A stretch of DNA of 64,000 bases, from contig OX597817.1 in assembly GCA_951406725.2 (NCBI GenBank), positions 63,612,001 through 63,676,000 on the forward strand, written 5' to 3'. Positions 28,763 to 41,789 of this stretch are shown piece by piece. Within the stretch, counting starts at the first letter, position 1. Each line of letters opens with the position of its first letter. Source of the stretch: Octopus vulgaris (Eukaryota). The notes beneath the pieces were generated by a model, which saw nothing but the letters and a program-made list of their open reading frames with translations, did not search any database and was not told the origin of the DNA. Made by a program: the position numbers and the translations under genes.

Positions 28763-29020
28763 ATAAAATAAATGCACCCTTTTAAAGCCTAGCCAGGCTC
28801 ATGGGTCCAGTTTCCCGGTTTCAATGGCGTATGTGTTCCCCAGCTGGACGGGATGCCAGTCCATCGCAGCGTTACTCATTTTTGGCGGCTGAGTGGACTG
28901 GAGCAACGTGAAATGAAGTGTTTTGCTCAAGAACACAACGCGTCGCCCGGTCCAGGAATCGAAACCACAATCTTACGATCATGATGCTGACACCCTAACT
29001 ACTAAGTCACGCGCCTCCAC
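28763..29020 (-). mobile_element. tRNA-derived CORE-like SINE with 14-bp TSD
   Basis: ctatatacattata at 28749-28762 and 29021-29034; minus-strand head gtggaggcgcgtgacttagtagttaggg, B box gtttcgattcc. Confidence 0.9.
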
Positions 29021-29527
29021 CTATATACATTATACTTGAACAAAATGAAGAAAAGAGAGCAGAGTAGTTATCATTTGAACATATTAATCAGAACTACGTT
29101 TAATCAATGCTGACCAGGGGCTAAACACCAACAAAGGAAAAAGTAGCCACAGCACCAAGACAAATAAAGAAAATGCGGTATATATTATTAAGCTGTTGAA
29201 GATCTATGGCTTCCTTTGTTTGTATTTTCCTTTTATCTTGTTCAACCGTTCCAACGTAATGTTTTGTAATCTTTGGTTTTAGTCATTTATTATTAATTAT
29301 TTAAGCTAGAAAAGAATGCAGTCTGTTAGCAGAAATGTTAAAAGCACCGGATTAAATATGTTACAATATTCAAATAAAAACTAGACTTTGAGACCAGGTG
29401 GCAGTGGTGGTGGTAGGGAAGTGTTTGCTGTGTTTACGAACATCGGTTTAATAAATATAGCTAGTGTACCTTGAAGAAAAAACAATAGAATTGCTGTTGC
29501 TATTTGTTTTCTATTGTTTAACTCTCG

Positions 29528-29742
29528 AAGGTGGTGAGCTGGCAAAATCGTTAGAGTGTCGAAAAAAATGCTTTGCGGTATTTCTTCCGGCTATTTACAT
29601 TTTTAGTTTAGATTTCGGTGAGATCAACTTTGCCTTTCATCGTTTCGTGATAAAATAGAGTACTGGTCAAGTAATGGGGTCGATGGTATTGACTAATTAC
29701 CTCCCCTCAAAGTTGCTAGCTTTGTGTCTAAATTATAAATCA
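29528..29742 (+). mobile_element. Degenerate Meta-domain SINE
   Basis: ggtggtgagctggcaaaatcgttag...caactttgcctttcatc. Confidence 0.7.
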
Positions 29743-29994
29743 TTGTTGTTTGTCTCCAGGCTGGCACTGATCCAATTTACTTTTGATCAAAGGCGTTTCA
29801 GCCACGATCATCCAATGTTTTTTGTCAATCTAGGACTACATTGTCCAATGTTTCCTTCCTTCTTTAAGATAGCAGGGTATGCTTTGAAGCAGATTAGGCT
29901 ACTATTTCTGGAGGTTTGTGCAGCAACAAAGATGCTCTTTTGTTGGTGGCTCAAGAGGAAAGGAAATTCTTTTTTATAAGCAGGAACTTAATAA

Positions 29995-31625
29995 CAGAGT
30001 AACCTCGGTTCTCGAACGTCTCACATGTCGAACAAATCGGTTTTCGAACAGAAAATTCGAGATGAAAATGCCTCAGTTATCGAACAAAATTTCGGTACTC
30101 GAACAACATTGCCGAACCGAGTTAACCCGAACGGAATAATTTCTGAGCCGACCGCTGTGTTGTATACATTCGTGTACTGTGCTGTGCTTTTCTTTTCCAA
30201 CTTTATTGTACTGTGCTTTTTGTCTCTTCCTTAGGCCTTAGTCATGGCCCCAAAGAAAGCTAGCAGTGATACTGGTAAAGTTAAAAGAAAAGTTGAGAGA
30301 AAAACAATTGCGGTGAAGAAAGAAATCATCGCAAAACACGAAAATGGCGTTCGTATGTCAGATCTCGTTGAGCAGTACGGTGTGCCTAAATCGACAATAT
30401 CTACTGTTCTAAAAATAAGGAAATGATAAAAGCAGCTGATGTTGCAAAAGGAGTGACCGTTATTAATAAACAAAGACCAAAGATACTCGAAGAAGTGGAA
30501 AAGTTATTGCTTATTTTTATAATCGAGAAACAGTTAGCAGGTGACAGTATCTGTAAAGCATTTATTTGTGAGAAAGCATTAGAAATTTATAATGATCTAA
30601 TAAAGAAAACCCCTGGTACAAGTGCTGAAAGTGACACTTCTGAATTCAAAAAGAGGCTGGTTCGAGAAATTTAACAAAAGAAATGAAATACATAGTGTTA
30701 TTAGGCATGGAGAGGCGGCGAGTTCAAACAAAGAAGCGGCAGAGAAATTTGTAATTGAGTTTAGTGATTTGATAAAGGAAGGAGGTTATCTCCCCCGGCG
30801 GGGTATGAAACAGGATTATTTTGGAAACAAATGCCAAATATATTACAAAGGAGAAAAAAGCGTTGCTATGGCACAAGCCAATGAAAGATAGACTCACTCT
30901 TTTGTTATACGGCAACGCAAGTGGCGATTTCAAGGTTTCTATTGTTTGTTTACCATTCCGAGAATCCGAGGGTTTTCAAAAGAAACAATGTCATGAAGAG
31001 TAAATTGTCTGTTATGTGGCGGGCTTGGGTAACCAGACAATTTTTTATTGAGTGGATTCATGAAGTTTTTGCCCCGAATGTTAAAAAATACCTGCAAGAA
31101 AAAAAAACTTGCCACTAAAATGCCTTCACGTGTTAGGCAATGCTCCCGCTCACCCTCCAGGTTTGGAAGATGGCTTAGTTGAAGAGTTTGATTCTATTCG
31201 GGTAAAATACCTGCCACCTAACACAACGCCTCTAATACAACCAATGGACCAACAGGTCGTTGCAAACTTTAAGAAACTTTACACAAAAGCCCTGTTTCGA
31301 AAGTGTTTTCAAGTCACTAATGACTCTCAACTAATTCTCGAAGAATTTTGGAAAAATCATTTCAATATCCCGAATTATGTTAATCGTATTGATAATGCAT
31401 GGAACCAAGTGAGTTACAGAACCATGAATTCAGTATGGAGGAGGAAACTTTGGCCACACTGTGTACTAGAACGAGACTTTGAGGGGTTTGAGACAGCTAC
31501 ATGTAAGCTGCTGTCGAGGAAATTACTATTGTTGATGATAATGTCTCTGTGGGAAAAACTATGGGCTTGGATGTCGACAGTGAAGATATTGAAGAGCTGG
31601 TGGAAGACCACCGTACTGAACTTTT
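29995..31625 (+). mobile_element. Tigger/pogo DNA transposon; 5' end present, 3' end not seen
   Basis: Starts cagagtaacctcggttctcgaac with repeated tcgaac subterminal motifs, followed by the transposase pseudogene. Confidence 0.85.
30244..31620 (+). pseudogene. Frameshifted Tigger (TIGD1-like) transposase: CENP-B-type HTH domains plus DDE_1 domain
   Basis: Consecutive ORF pieces MAPKK...KEIIAKHENGVRMSDL..YGVPKSTISTVLK; EVEKLLLIFI.EKQLAGDS..ICEKA; GWFEKF...RHGEAASS; HKPMKDRLTLLL.GNASGDFK; GNAPAHP...LPPNTTPLIQPMDQQV. Confidence 0.92.
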
Positions 31626-32119
31626 TTAATTGGAAAATACAATTTTAAATTAAATAAATGCATCACATGTAAAATATACGTACACACGCACATACATATA
31701 CATACACACACACATACATATACATATACATACACACACATGCGACAATGCATAAATAATGGTCATTACATATTACTTTATTGTAGTAAAATTTACTTAC
31801 AGCTGTTTCTAGTTGTCACTATAAGTTTGTTACTGATTGGTTTACTCAATCGACCCATTGATCGGTTGAGAAGATTGAACGATCTAGAGCGACTTTCATT
31901 AAATTCACTTTTAGTTATGTGTATGCATGTATATATACATATATGTACATATATATACATGTATACGATCATATATACGATCATGTGTAAGCGTGTATAG
32001 AGGGTATGAAATGCACAAAATTAGCTACGATTGTTTAACGATGACGTATGATGAAGTCCACTAACCTATCGGCAATAGGTTTCAAGCTTTCTAAAACAAG
32101 CGGTAAAGTCGATGCATAT

Positions 32120-32472
32120 CTATTTCGGTATTACTCACAAGGGGCTAAACATAGAGGGGACAAACAAGGACAGACAAACGAATTAAGTCGATTATATCGA
32201 CTCCAGTGCGTAACTGGTACTTAATTTATCGACCCCGAAAGGATGAAAGGCAAAGTCGACCTCGGTAGAATTTGAAAACAGAACGTAACGGCAGACGAAA
32301 TATGGCTACGCATTTCGCCTGGCGTGCTAACGTTTCTTTTTCTACTCTAGGCACAAGGCCCGAAAATTTGGGGGCGGGGGCCAGTCGATTAGATCGACCC
32401 CAGTACGCAACTGGTACTTAATTTATCGACCTCGAAAGGATGAAAGGCAAAGTCGACCTCGGTGGAATTTGA
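32120..32472 (-). mobile_element. Two adjacent Meta-domain SINE units
   Basis: ctggtacttaatttatcgacc.cgaaaggatgaaaggcaaagtcgacc occurs twice, at about 32214 and 32411. Confidence 0.9.
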
Positions 32473-32570
32473 AAATATTTCGACAAATTAAATTTAAATG
32501 TTGAAGTGAATTTAACGGTTTTTGTGTGTTTCTTAAATGGTTTATAAACACCTTCCACGTTGCAATTGCA
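32471..32570 (+). repeat. Fragment of the 45617-45940 family
   Basis: gaaaatatttcgacaaattaaatttaaatgttgaagtgaa...ccttccacgttgcaattg. Confidence 0.85.
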
Positions 32571-32967
32571 TTAGGTATTTAAATCATGTGAACAATACCG
32601 TTACTGGTTATAGGTTTGCAACGCCCACTCATTGAATCACTGCATATCAGATGGCAAAAAAGAGCTTGTGTATGCTCTACGACCAATCTGTTTAACTTGG
32701 AATTTCAGTTTATAGGGATAGTTTTCTTTTGAAAGATAATCTTTCTACGCATATGCACTCTGTTAGTCACTAGTCGCAGGAGTGCTGGCTAACAAACCAG
32801 CTCGGATTTTTAATTCCTTTTTGTTTGGTATAAGTGTGTACATACGTGTATACATACATATACATAGTAACATTTCTTCACATACACATATAATTATTTC
32901 TTCTCTCTCTGTATATATGTGTGCGTATACAAATGTGTGCGTACATATTTGTATCTGTATACAAGCT

Positions 32968-33125
32968 TAGAAGAATTTTAGTCGAACGAATCACACCCAG
33001 TACTTATTTTTTAAAGCCTGGTATTTTTCTATCGGATTTTTTTTTTCGCCGGACTGCTACGTTACGGAGGCTAAACACACCAACATCAGTTGTCAAGCGG
33101 TGGTGGAAGACAAACACACACGCTA
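32968..33125 (-). mobile_element. Partial CORE-like SINE (47317 family)
   Basis: ttttagtcgaacgaatc...aaacacaccaacatcagttgtcaagcggtggtgg. Confidence 0.7.
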
Positions 33126-33849
33126 AGATACACATATATATATGTATGTATGTATATATGCATACTTATGATTATTATCCGAGAGTATTTACGAATTAAT
33201 AATCTGATATACAAGAAAAGGAAGGTTAAAACGAACCAATACCAAAAAACAAACATAAACGATATACTTAAAATAAAAATCTCGCCACAAAAATTCCAAG
33301 AGAATTGTAGACAGAAAAAGAACAAGAGGAAAGAATAACGAAAGAAAGAACTAAATATTAGCTTAGAAAATTGAAAATGATAGTAGAATCAAATTATATG
33401 AAGGTAACAAGTCTGTGATCTTGGTATAATCTTTTGAAACTTCGAAAAGTTTTCACTGGATTAATTAGTCGTCATAAGCTTCAGATTATTTAGAATTTCA
33501 GAAGAAACTGTCATAATTGTAACTTTCGAGACTCCTTGGGTACCACTATTATAATTTTATCAAAGGATATATCTTAACTGTTTATTACAATTAGATGTCT
33601 GAAAATATTTATAGAATTTTTATACATTAGGAAGTCATGTATTTCGCATATTTCTCAAATTAGAATTGTTAATAACCTCGAAGTTTTCTTCTTGTAAATT
33701 CTTGAGTCTCGAAATTAGAGCGTTCACAATTTAACGCCGAAACATGCGAATGAAAACATAGCGAAAGATATGCAACAAGTCATTGACTCAACTTCAGTAC
33801 ATTGCTGATAATTATTACTTCGGCAATATGTGGATGAACGGCTGAGTCT

Positions 33850-34270
33850 TAGACTTCTAAAATTCCCTTCTCAAAGGCGAAGGTCCGGCAAAACTGTTTG
33901 CTTTCTTCCAGATCTTTATGTTTGTCGTTCAAATTCGTCAGAAGTTTCTGTGCGTTTTCAGCACTCCCCTATCGATAAAATATGGCATGAGCCGAGTAAT
34001 AGCATCAGAGGTATCGGCTGACTCCACTCCTCTCAAAATTGCTGACCTTGTACCAAAATAAAGTAGTAAGTTGACACACTCATTAGAATAGCGGGCAAAA
34101 TGCTTTGCGGTATTTCTTTCGGCTTATTACGTTCTAAGTTCAAATCCAACCAATCAAGGTCAACGTTTTCTTTTTTCTCCTCCCGAGCGCAAGTAGTAAA
34201 GCTGGTGACATTCAAGTATTAAAGCTGGCTAACACTTTACTGAAATTTGCTGGTCTTCTGCCTCAATCAG
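33850..34270 (+). mobile_element. Two highly degenerate Meta-domain SINE remnants
   Basis: gttcaaattcgtcag...cgataaaat and aaatgctttgcggtatttc...ttacgttctaagttcaaatcc. Confidence 0.5.
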
Positions 34271-34987
34271 AAACCGATATAATTCAATTCTCATCTCGGA
34301 TTCGGTCTAAGGGCGAAAGAGGTTGTAACTAAATGCCATAGAGTCGACTCTAGTCCACGGCAGATTTTCAAGTCGAAAAGCAGAAGAAAATAAATGTTGC
34401 AATGTTTTTAATCGGTCGCTTCGCTTTTCTGTGAAGACATCTTGTGAATAATTAAATTATCGTTTTAACCTTTTTGCTAATAAGAAAGCTAATTAGCCGA
34501 CCAACTGTTAATTGGGTTTAACACTGTATTTGTCATTTTAAATTTGTTTACTTTTGTATAAGCAAGCAGTTGAGCTCGCAGACAAACAATTCTGCACTAT
34601 GATGTCGCATTTATTTTCCTCGTTTTACTATTTAACAACTTTCACACTTCAGTCAAATTAACACCTAACGATGTAGCGATAATCTACAAGCTACCCAGAA
34701 GACGTCAAAATAAGTGCAACACATTTTAAATCATTGTTTTCACTGAAACTGAGCTTAATAGAAACTGAAGGACAATGGCTAAAATGCTAATGACCAGTTT
34801 AGCTATTAGCAAAAATTTAAGCAAAACTGACCAAGACTTAAGTATTCGAAGGAAACGTTTTCCGCTTAATATGTACTTTTTTTGCTATCGACTTAAATAT
34901 ATCATTGGAAGCTGCGACAAATGTGGCCAACAAGACATGCTTGGGTTTAAATTTCCTCCATGAAAGACGCCTGCTGGGTTCGGCTGC

Positions 34988-35030
34988 TCTGCATTGATAA
35001 AGGGCGAATATCCTGAAACTAGACTGCAGA
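34988..35030 (+). ncRNA. Hammerhead-like motif with U3:A8 core pair
   Basis: tctgca-TTGATAA-aggg(cgaata)tcct-GAAA-ctag-AC-tgcaga; 6-bp helix I and palindromic helix III. Position 16.1 is A rather than U, so this copy is probably inactive. Confidence 0.6.
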
Positions 35031-35259
35031 TGCCTGGTCAGCAAGGGGAAGCAGCTGACCTCCCCTTGTCAAGGGTTATAATAGAAACAGGTTCGTGTGT
35101 CACATAGCTACCTAGAGTCGATGGCCTCTTGGAGCTAATCAACGGCAGCATTCGTCCTATATTTATGGACTGCCATATTAGTTTGGCGATAACTATTAAT
35201 ATATGACGTAAAGTGTAACTGTTTACATCTCGTTCGGAGATTTATTAATGCTATTAATA

Positions 35260-35772
35260 TCTATATATATAAAACTGTAGTTGTGTGAGTGCCTGTCCCC
35301 TTCGATTTAGATTCCTAACTACTCCCACATTTTGCGGTGCAGTTTAATCAAATTCGGGTATCTTATAGTCGTGATTCATATCAAGCCCGTCTGAGTATTA
35401 GCGCGCGTCTACGATGAGTCTACGATTTTAAAAATAATTTAACATAATTTTTTATTCCATTTTAATGCATAATTTTTCGTGTGTCTATGGCGGCGGAGTT
35501 GGCGTCCATGGTCACACCTGCACCTGTTTGCTTCTCCCCCTTCTTCCCTCCCTCGTGAAGCTGTGGGGAAGGAAGTGTAAGGAAATCAACGTCGTAAAGC
35601 GTTGTCAAGGAGACCAGCTTTCTTTTAGAACGACGACTTCATGGCTTGAAGACACCAAAACAGAAATGGCTAAGGAAGCCCGAATTGGCATCTATAAGGG
35701 AAGTAACTCTCTAAAAATGCTTATATAGTTATTTCCCTTACAAACCCGAGCAACGCCGGGCGATACTGCTAG
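35260..35772 (+). mobile_element. Non-autonomous Helitron
   Basis: A|TCtatatatataaaa start; 3' hairpin cccgagcaacgccggg then CTAG|T; homologous to 45124-45517. Confidence 0.9.
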
Positions 35773-36017
35773 TATATATATATATATATATCCATCTCCA
35801 TTGTAACGGCGGTACATCAGCATGGCTGCAGTTCTGAGCTGAATCTAGAGAGAAAAAAAAAATATTTATCAACTTTCACACCTGTCTTGCAGGTGTTTTT
35901 CTTAGGTTGTATTTCATACAATTCATTCAATATATATACTACTCACTTGCCAACAAACAACAAAACATCACGCGCGTCATATGAACCACTGTAAGCACAA
36001 TCAAAAACATAATGTGC

Positions 36018-36064
<47 letters not shown>

Positions 36065-36442
36065 CATTGTGATAAATGAGTCAGCGATAGAACCTATACA
36101 TGGAGATTCAGCCTGGTAGAAACATTAGCCCGGCCAGGACTCTTTCATATAATAGCTTATCATCTTCAAAAACGTGATGGACACATTGATAATGTAGGCA
36201 CAGAAAAACCCACGCCACCCATTTGTGGCATGTTCTTAAAGAAAATGGTAGGATGTGATTCGAAGGAAATCTGGCTACTATTTCTAGCATGATTATAGAC
36301 CGCGTAAAAATTTCTTTGTTGATTCGTTGTAAACCATCGTCAATTTACTGTGGTGGTGAGGACTTTCAATTTAAACCCAGACACACGCAGCTGGTTTTAT
36401 TCTAGATAATGCATTGTTGATCATAATGCATAGTGTAGGAAT

Positions 36443-36842
36443 AGGCGGCGAGCTGGCAGAAACGTTAGCACGCCGGGCGAAATGCTGAGCGGTAATTCGT
36501 CCGCCGCTGCGTTCTGAGTTCAAATTCTGCCGAGGTCGACTTTACTTTTCATCCTTTCGGGGTCGATAAATTAAGTACCAGTTACGCACTCGGGTCGATA
36601 TGATCGACTTAATCCGTTTGTCTGTCCTTGTTTGTCCTCTCCGTGTTTAGCCCCTAGTGGGTAATAAAGAAACATGTATTTTGTCTGTCTTTACGTTCTG
36701 AGTTCAAATTCCACCGAGGTCGACTTTGCCTTTCATCCTTTCGGAGTCGATAAATTAAGTACCAGTTGAGTACTGGGGTCGATATAATCGACTGACCCCC
36801 TCCCTCAAAATTTCGGGCCTTGTGCCTAGAGTAGTAAAGAAT
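36443..36842 (+). mobile_element. Dimeric Meta-domain SINE
   Basis: One full head and two B-box/Meta units with different tails; approximate TSD at(g/a)catagtg(t/c)agg. Confidence 0.9.
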
Positions 36843-37787
36843 ACATAGTGCAGGGATCACGCCGCACGAATGATTAAAACCCCAGCCCCTTGTGGGTAAT
36901 AAAAAATCAGAATGATTAAAACCCCATTTTGCTTGAATTCACTCGGCTGCGAGTCACAATCAAGCGATCGAATAACTACAACAAAATATTGAACACGGCA
37001 ATCCTTCCCTCCTACTTTCCTTTCCACCTTTCTTCTTTCTACACCTATAGCAATTATAAAGAAGAAAAACGCATTATAAATGAACCAAGCAATCTATATT
37101 GTATTGTAATACGTACTTTTAGAGTGTCCCAGTTGCGTTTATGAATGACCACTAAAGGATCTATGAGGCGTTACTTTTGGAAGTTTTTAGATAGATAGTT
37201 AATAAACGACATCTTGTGTAGAAATCTAGCCATGCATAACACATACTAACTCATCCATCTAAAGTGAATGGCTTGCTCGGTCAGTTTTTATCGGTTTGCT
37301 TCTAACATATTTATTAAGGTTCTAATAAGGCTCATCTGTTTCTGTTTTATTCTTTTTCATTGATCTTATCCCGGCTTTGTCTTTTTTCATTTGTTTTATT
37401 GTTTCTTGTATCCCATGCTCCTCCTCCTTCTCTTCTTCTTCTTCTTCTTCTTGAGTGATACGTATGGTCTTTAAATGTATACTTCGGTTGTGTCTATAAT
37501 TTGCACTCATGGTTTAACAACTGAAATAACTCTGAAATAACGTCGTAACGTTCAATTTTCTTACTGATTTTTTTTTCTATAATACATCATATACGCACAA
37601 ATATATATAAATGGATAATTAAGAAGCCCACTTTGCAACCGCGTGGTTTCAGATTCGGCTTCAAGGAAAGTGTCCTTTACCTATTGGTCCATGAGTGAAA
37701 TTGATACAGTGAAACTGTGAGTAAGCCCGTCACACATACATACATGTGTGTGTGCTTATATATAATATATATATATATATATAAATT

Positions 37788-38017
37788 TTTCTCTACTACC
37801 CACAAGGGGCTAAACATAGAGAGGACAAACAAGGACAGACAAAGGGATTAAGTCGATTACATCGAACCCGGTGCGATACTAGTACTTTATTTATCGACCC
37901 CGAAAGGATGAAAGGTAAAGTCGACCTCGGCGGAATTTGAACCTAGAACCTAACGGCAGACGAAATACGGCTACGTATTTCGCCCGGCGTGCTAATGCTT
38001 CAACCAGCTCGCCGCCT
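37788..38017 (-). mobile_element. Meta-domain SINE
   Basis: Reverse complement of the 5545 family, ending ccagctcgccgcc. Confidence 0.9.
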
Positions 38018-38592
38018 TATATATAAAAGTGAAAACAGATGCACTAGATGCGCGACAAAATTACTGTATTGGTTGCTGCTCTGCTGCGTGGTGCAATATT
38101 GTTCTTTACGCTCAGTATGGGGCTAATGCGAAATATAGAGAGCACATCTATTATGAGAGAAAAACAAATAGCACGAATTTGGAATTCCTTTATTCCATAT
38201 TTCTACGATCGATTGCATATATATATATATATATATATATCGATGTGTATGCAGACGTAGATGAGCGTACACTATAATATTTTGTCTCAGAGAAACTTCT
38301 CAAAGTGAACGGTGCATTAAAGTAAAACAGGTTAGGCTTAGAAAGTCGACGATCAACTAAGAAGGTATTTCGCCCTAATTTGGTTCTCAGTGCGACTAAT
38401 ATCCTCAGAAAAGAAGTGTTGCAAAAGTTGGAAAGAGGGAAAATCGCTTACACAAAATCTTTTTTTCATAAGGTCTGTATTAACCTACTTTTTAAAGTAG
38501 ATTTTTAAAAATATGATTAATAATTTTGCATTTAAAGTCATTTAAGTATTTTCAAATATTGTAGCTGCACCAAAAGGTTTTTTTCTGAAAAG

Positions 38593-38633
<41 letters not shown>

Positions 38634-39352
38634 CATTTGTATTGAATATAGACAAAAGATAACAGGTAAAGGATAATATTTATACGAAAATTGCATGTGC
38701 AAAATTTCATGATAACCAGTTCTTACCCTAACATCTATTTCAAATTATCTACGACTGGTTTATATGATAATGCATATTATGGAAGCAGGTATAATACGGA
38801 GAAAGTATTGTAAGTATACACGAAATCATAGTAAAGTATCAAGTAGCACATATTTTGATAGCTCCATTTAGCAGGCCATGGTATTCTGTTCAGAGACTCT
38901 GCTGCGCCGAGTTATCAAAATCCATGCTAGTTCATACTTTACTTTGGTTTTATGTATATCCTACAGTATTCCCTTAGTAGTTCACCTGCTTACATAATAA
39001 TGCATTATTATATCAAGCAATCATCGATAACTCGAAACAGCTATAACGATAGTACTTGATTACATCATAATTGTATATGCAACTCCATGTAAATACATTC
39101 CTTATGCTTGTTGTCAATCGTCTTGTTTTTCTATTCCCATGCACACTATACTTCGATCGTTCGTCTATTAGACTTTTTTAACTGCATACGACATCATTCT
39201 GATGCAGAAGCTGGAGTTTAAGAGTCTTATCTCTCTGAGGAGCACTGCTTAGTGACTATCAAAGTCACGCATAAACTAGCAGTTTATCACCCTGTGTTTT
39301 TATGTGTGTTGTGTGTGTGTACATTCCTACTAACAGAGTGAACAGTGAACGA

Positions 39353-39500
39353 TATATATATATATATATCGTTTTGGGATTTGGTTTGCAAGATTCTTTA
39401 TGTGAGTTCTGTTGTGTCAGGGGAGAGTAATTTTCTTTTAGTGCCTTATAATCTAACACACTCACCGGTAAAATTTCCACTTATTTCTTATTTTTATTTT
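39353..39500 (+). repeat. ~150-bp repeat following (TA)n; second copy at 40520-40676
   Basis: Near-identical sequences; this copy lacks an 18-bp segment. Confidence 0.85.
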
Positions 39501-39559
39501 TGGAGAGCAAAAATATTAAATTTGGAGAGCAGAAATATTAAATTTGTAGTCGAAAAAGA

Positions 39560-40462
39560 AGTTAGACTACTGTCATGTGAATATTGGAAAAGTGTTACCT
39601 GTATCATGATGATTCACGCTAGGTATCCAAATACCGACACCAAGCCTGCTGCTCAATGTTCTGTGAGCATTGTGAAGGTTGTAAGACATGAATAGACAGC
39701 TGCAACGGAGAATATGAAGCCGTGGCCAACAGAAAGGAACACAGCAAGCGTTTTAACTGCATCCGCACGCCAGGGTTCATTCAAAAACCGCAGGACATGG
39801 CCTTAGGTTCAATTTAGGCGGCTGTGGGAAGTTGCTGGAGACTGGTCAATCCCTGACTGGAACGAATTGCTGCTGGAAGGCCATATGTGTAGCAGCAAGA
39901 TTCGGCTCCGTACTGTACCTACGGAAGGAGTCAGAAGTGGTTGTCGAAGAATTTCTACTTCTGCAATTCTCCAATTTCTGGCTTCCTAATTCAGCCTAAT
40001 GTAATCATGCGGATTACTATGTGTGGGAGCGGTTGACAAAGACACCTACTGTTCTGTCAGCAACACCAAGATCGAGCTGGTGGTCAAGATCAAGGATGTG
40101 TTCGAGGATCTTCCCAGGGACACAGGGAGAAACAAATGCACCAGGTTATGGAGCCTTCTTGAGGTCGTGGGGGAAGCCGGAGGAGGTTACTTTGAGTAAA
40201 CTGTTATATCCCAGACATAATCTATAAGGTTGTCCAAAAAGTTCGTAGAAAGTCTTGGAAAATAATGGTCTTTATTTTGAGGAATAATTTTTGTTGTTTT
40301 TGTTAGTACTTGGCGAGTAAAAATTCAATTTTCGCAAGTGTTTACGAACTTTTGGGACAACCTAATATTTGAAATTTTTGATATTTAAAAAGTTTTGGGG
40401 GATGGGATATTGTATTTTCTTTTTCCTTTATGCAAACTATCAAATTTAGCCCGAACACTCTG
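39560..40462 (+). mobile_element. Internally deleted, decayed Tc1/mariner (maT-like) transposon
   Basis: Translates to RIAAGRPYV*QQDSAP...SQKWLSKNF...WLPNS...DYYVW...GGYFE*, similar to 13680-14028; end ...cactctg|TA. Confidence 0.8.
40225..40365. mobile_element. Mariner-type MITE with ~23-bp TIRs and TA flanks
   Basis: taaggttgtccaaaaagttcgta ... tacgaacttttgggacaacctaa. Confidence 0.85.
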
Positions 40463-40529
<67 letters not shown>

Positions 40530-40728
40530 TTTTTGGATTTGGTTTGCAAGATTCTTTATGTGAGTTCGTGTGTTGAAGCATCTTCTGTTGTGTCAGGGGA
40601 GAGTAATTTTCTTTTAGTGCCTTATAATCTAACACACACACCGGTAAAATTTCCACTTATTTCTTATTTTTATTTTCCTAGGAAAATTACTCTCCCCAGA
40701 TGCAACAGTATATATATATATAAATATA

Positions 40729-41727
40729 CTAGCATTATGACCCGTCGTTGCCGTGTCATAGTGCTAGGGCATGTATATATGTGTATATATATGTGTACAT
40801 ATTACATGTACATCTATATATATACATCTACACATAAAATACAAAATACAAAGTTATATCTTAATATCGCTAGTGATAACAATACTCAAAATATATAACA
40901 GACTGGAATTGTAAGCCCGTCTCTTGCAATTTCGATCAATTGTATCTTGTCCTCCCTCTTGTATAGAAGTGTGGCTACAATCCAGCCTACCTCAACATTT
41001 TAAATTTTTATCCGGCACGTCCTACGTCCCAGATATAAAGGTAAAAATAAAATATTTCCACTTTGCAAGTTCGAGTCGAGTACTCCCTTGCACGCTCCGT
41101 TGACTCGAACCTTGCTTCTATTGTGGCGAATTTACCGCCTATGGTTAGATATCTTTCATAGTCGCATGAAGACACTTTTCGATGGTGCTTTCCTCCAGGT
41201 GTTAAATCTATTTTTTCTCTACATTATATACATTATAGACAATAGTGTTTTCTTTAATTTAATTTTTTATTATCCATCAGGACTATTCCATTTCTGCACG
41301 CTAATTTTATTTTTAATTTATTCCCATTCATGTGAAACCACTTATTCAAGTTCAAGTCATTGATGCAATTTTATACCAATTGCTATTTTTACTTTTGTTA
41401 TGTTACGATTATATTATACTTTAGTTTGATTTTTATTATTACTTACTACATATTGTTATTATTATTTTTATTGTTAAAGTGAAAGTATCTGACATAAAAT
41501 AGAGAAATGCTTTTGTTTCACTTTTAACACGTAATACTGAAATAATGGAGAAGATATGATATTGCTATGGGCTAGCTCTAGGCAAGAAGTTGAACATTTT
41601 TTTGCCCATGAAACTACATGGACCCTAAGTAAGGTATGTGTAAAATATGAATGAAATTGGTTGTGTAGTTCTCAAGTTTTAGGGAAACACACAGACAGAC
41701 ACACATTCTCAGTTTTATATATATAGA
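40729..41727 (-). mobile_element. Non-autonomous Helitron
   Basis: Minus strand starts A|TCtatatatataaaactgagaatgtg and ends acacggcaacgacgggt...CTAG|T. Confidence 0.75.
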
Positions 41728-41757
41728 TATATGTGTGTGTGTGTGTATGTGTGTCTT

Positions 41758-41789
<32 letters not shown>

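Noticed and set aside
30244-31648. Domesticated TIGD1-like host gene
   Set aside because: Multiple frameshifts and a transposon terminus show it is a decayed transposon copy.
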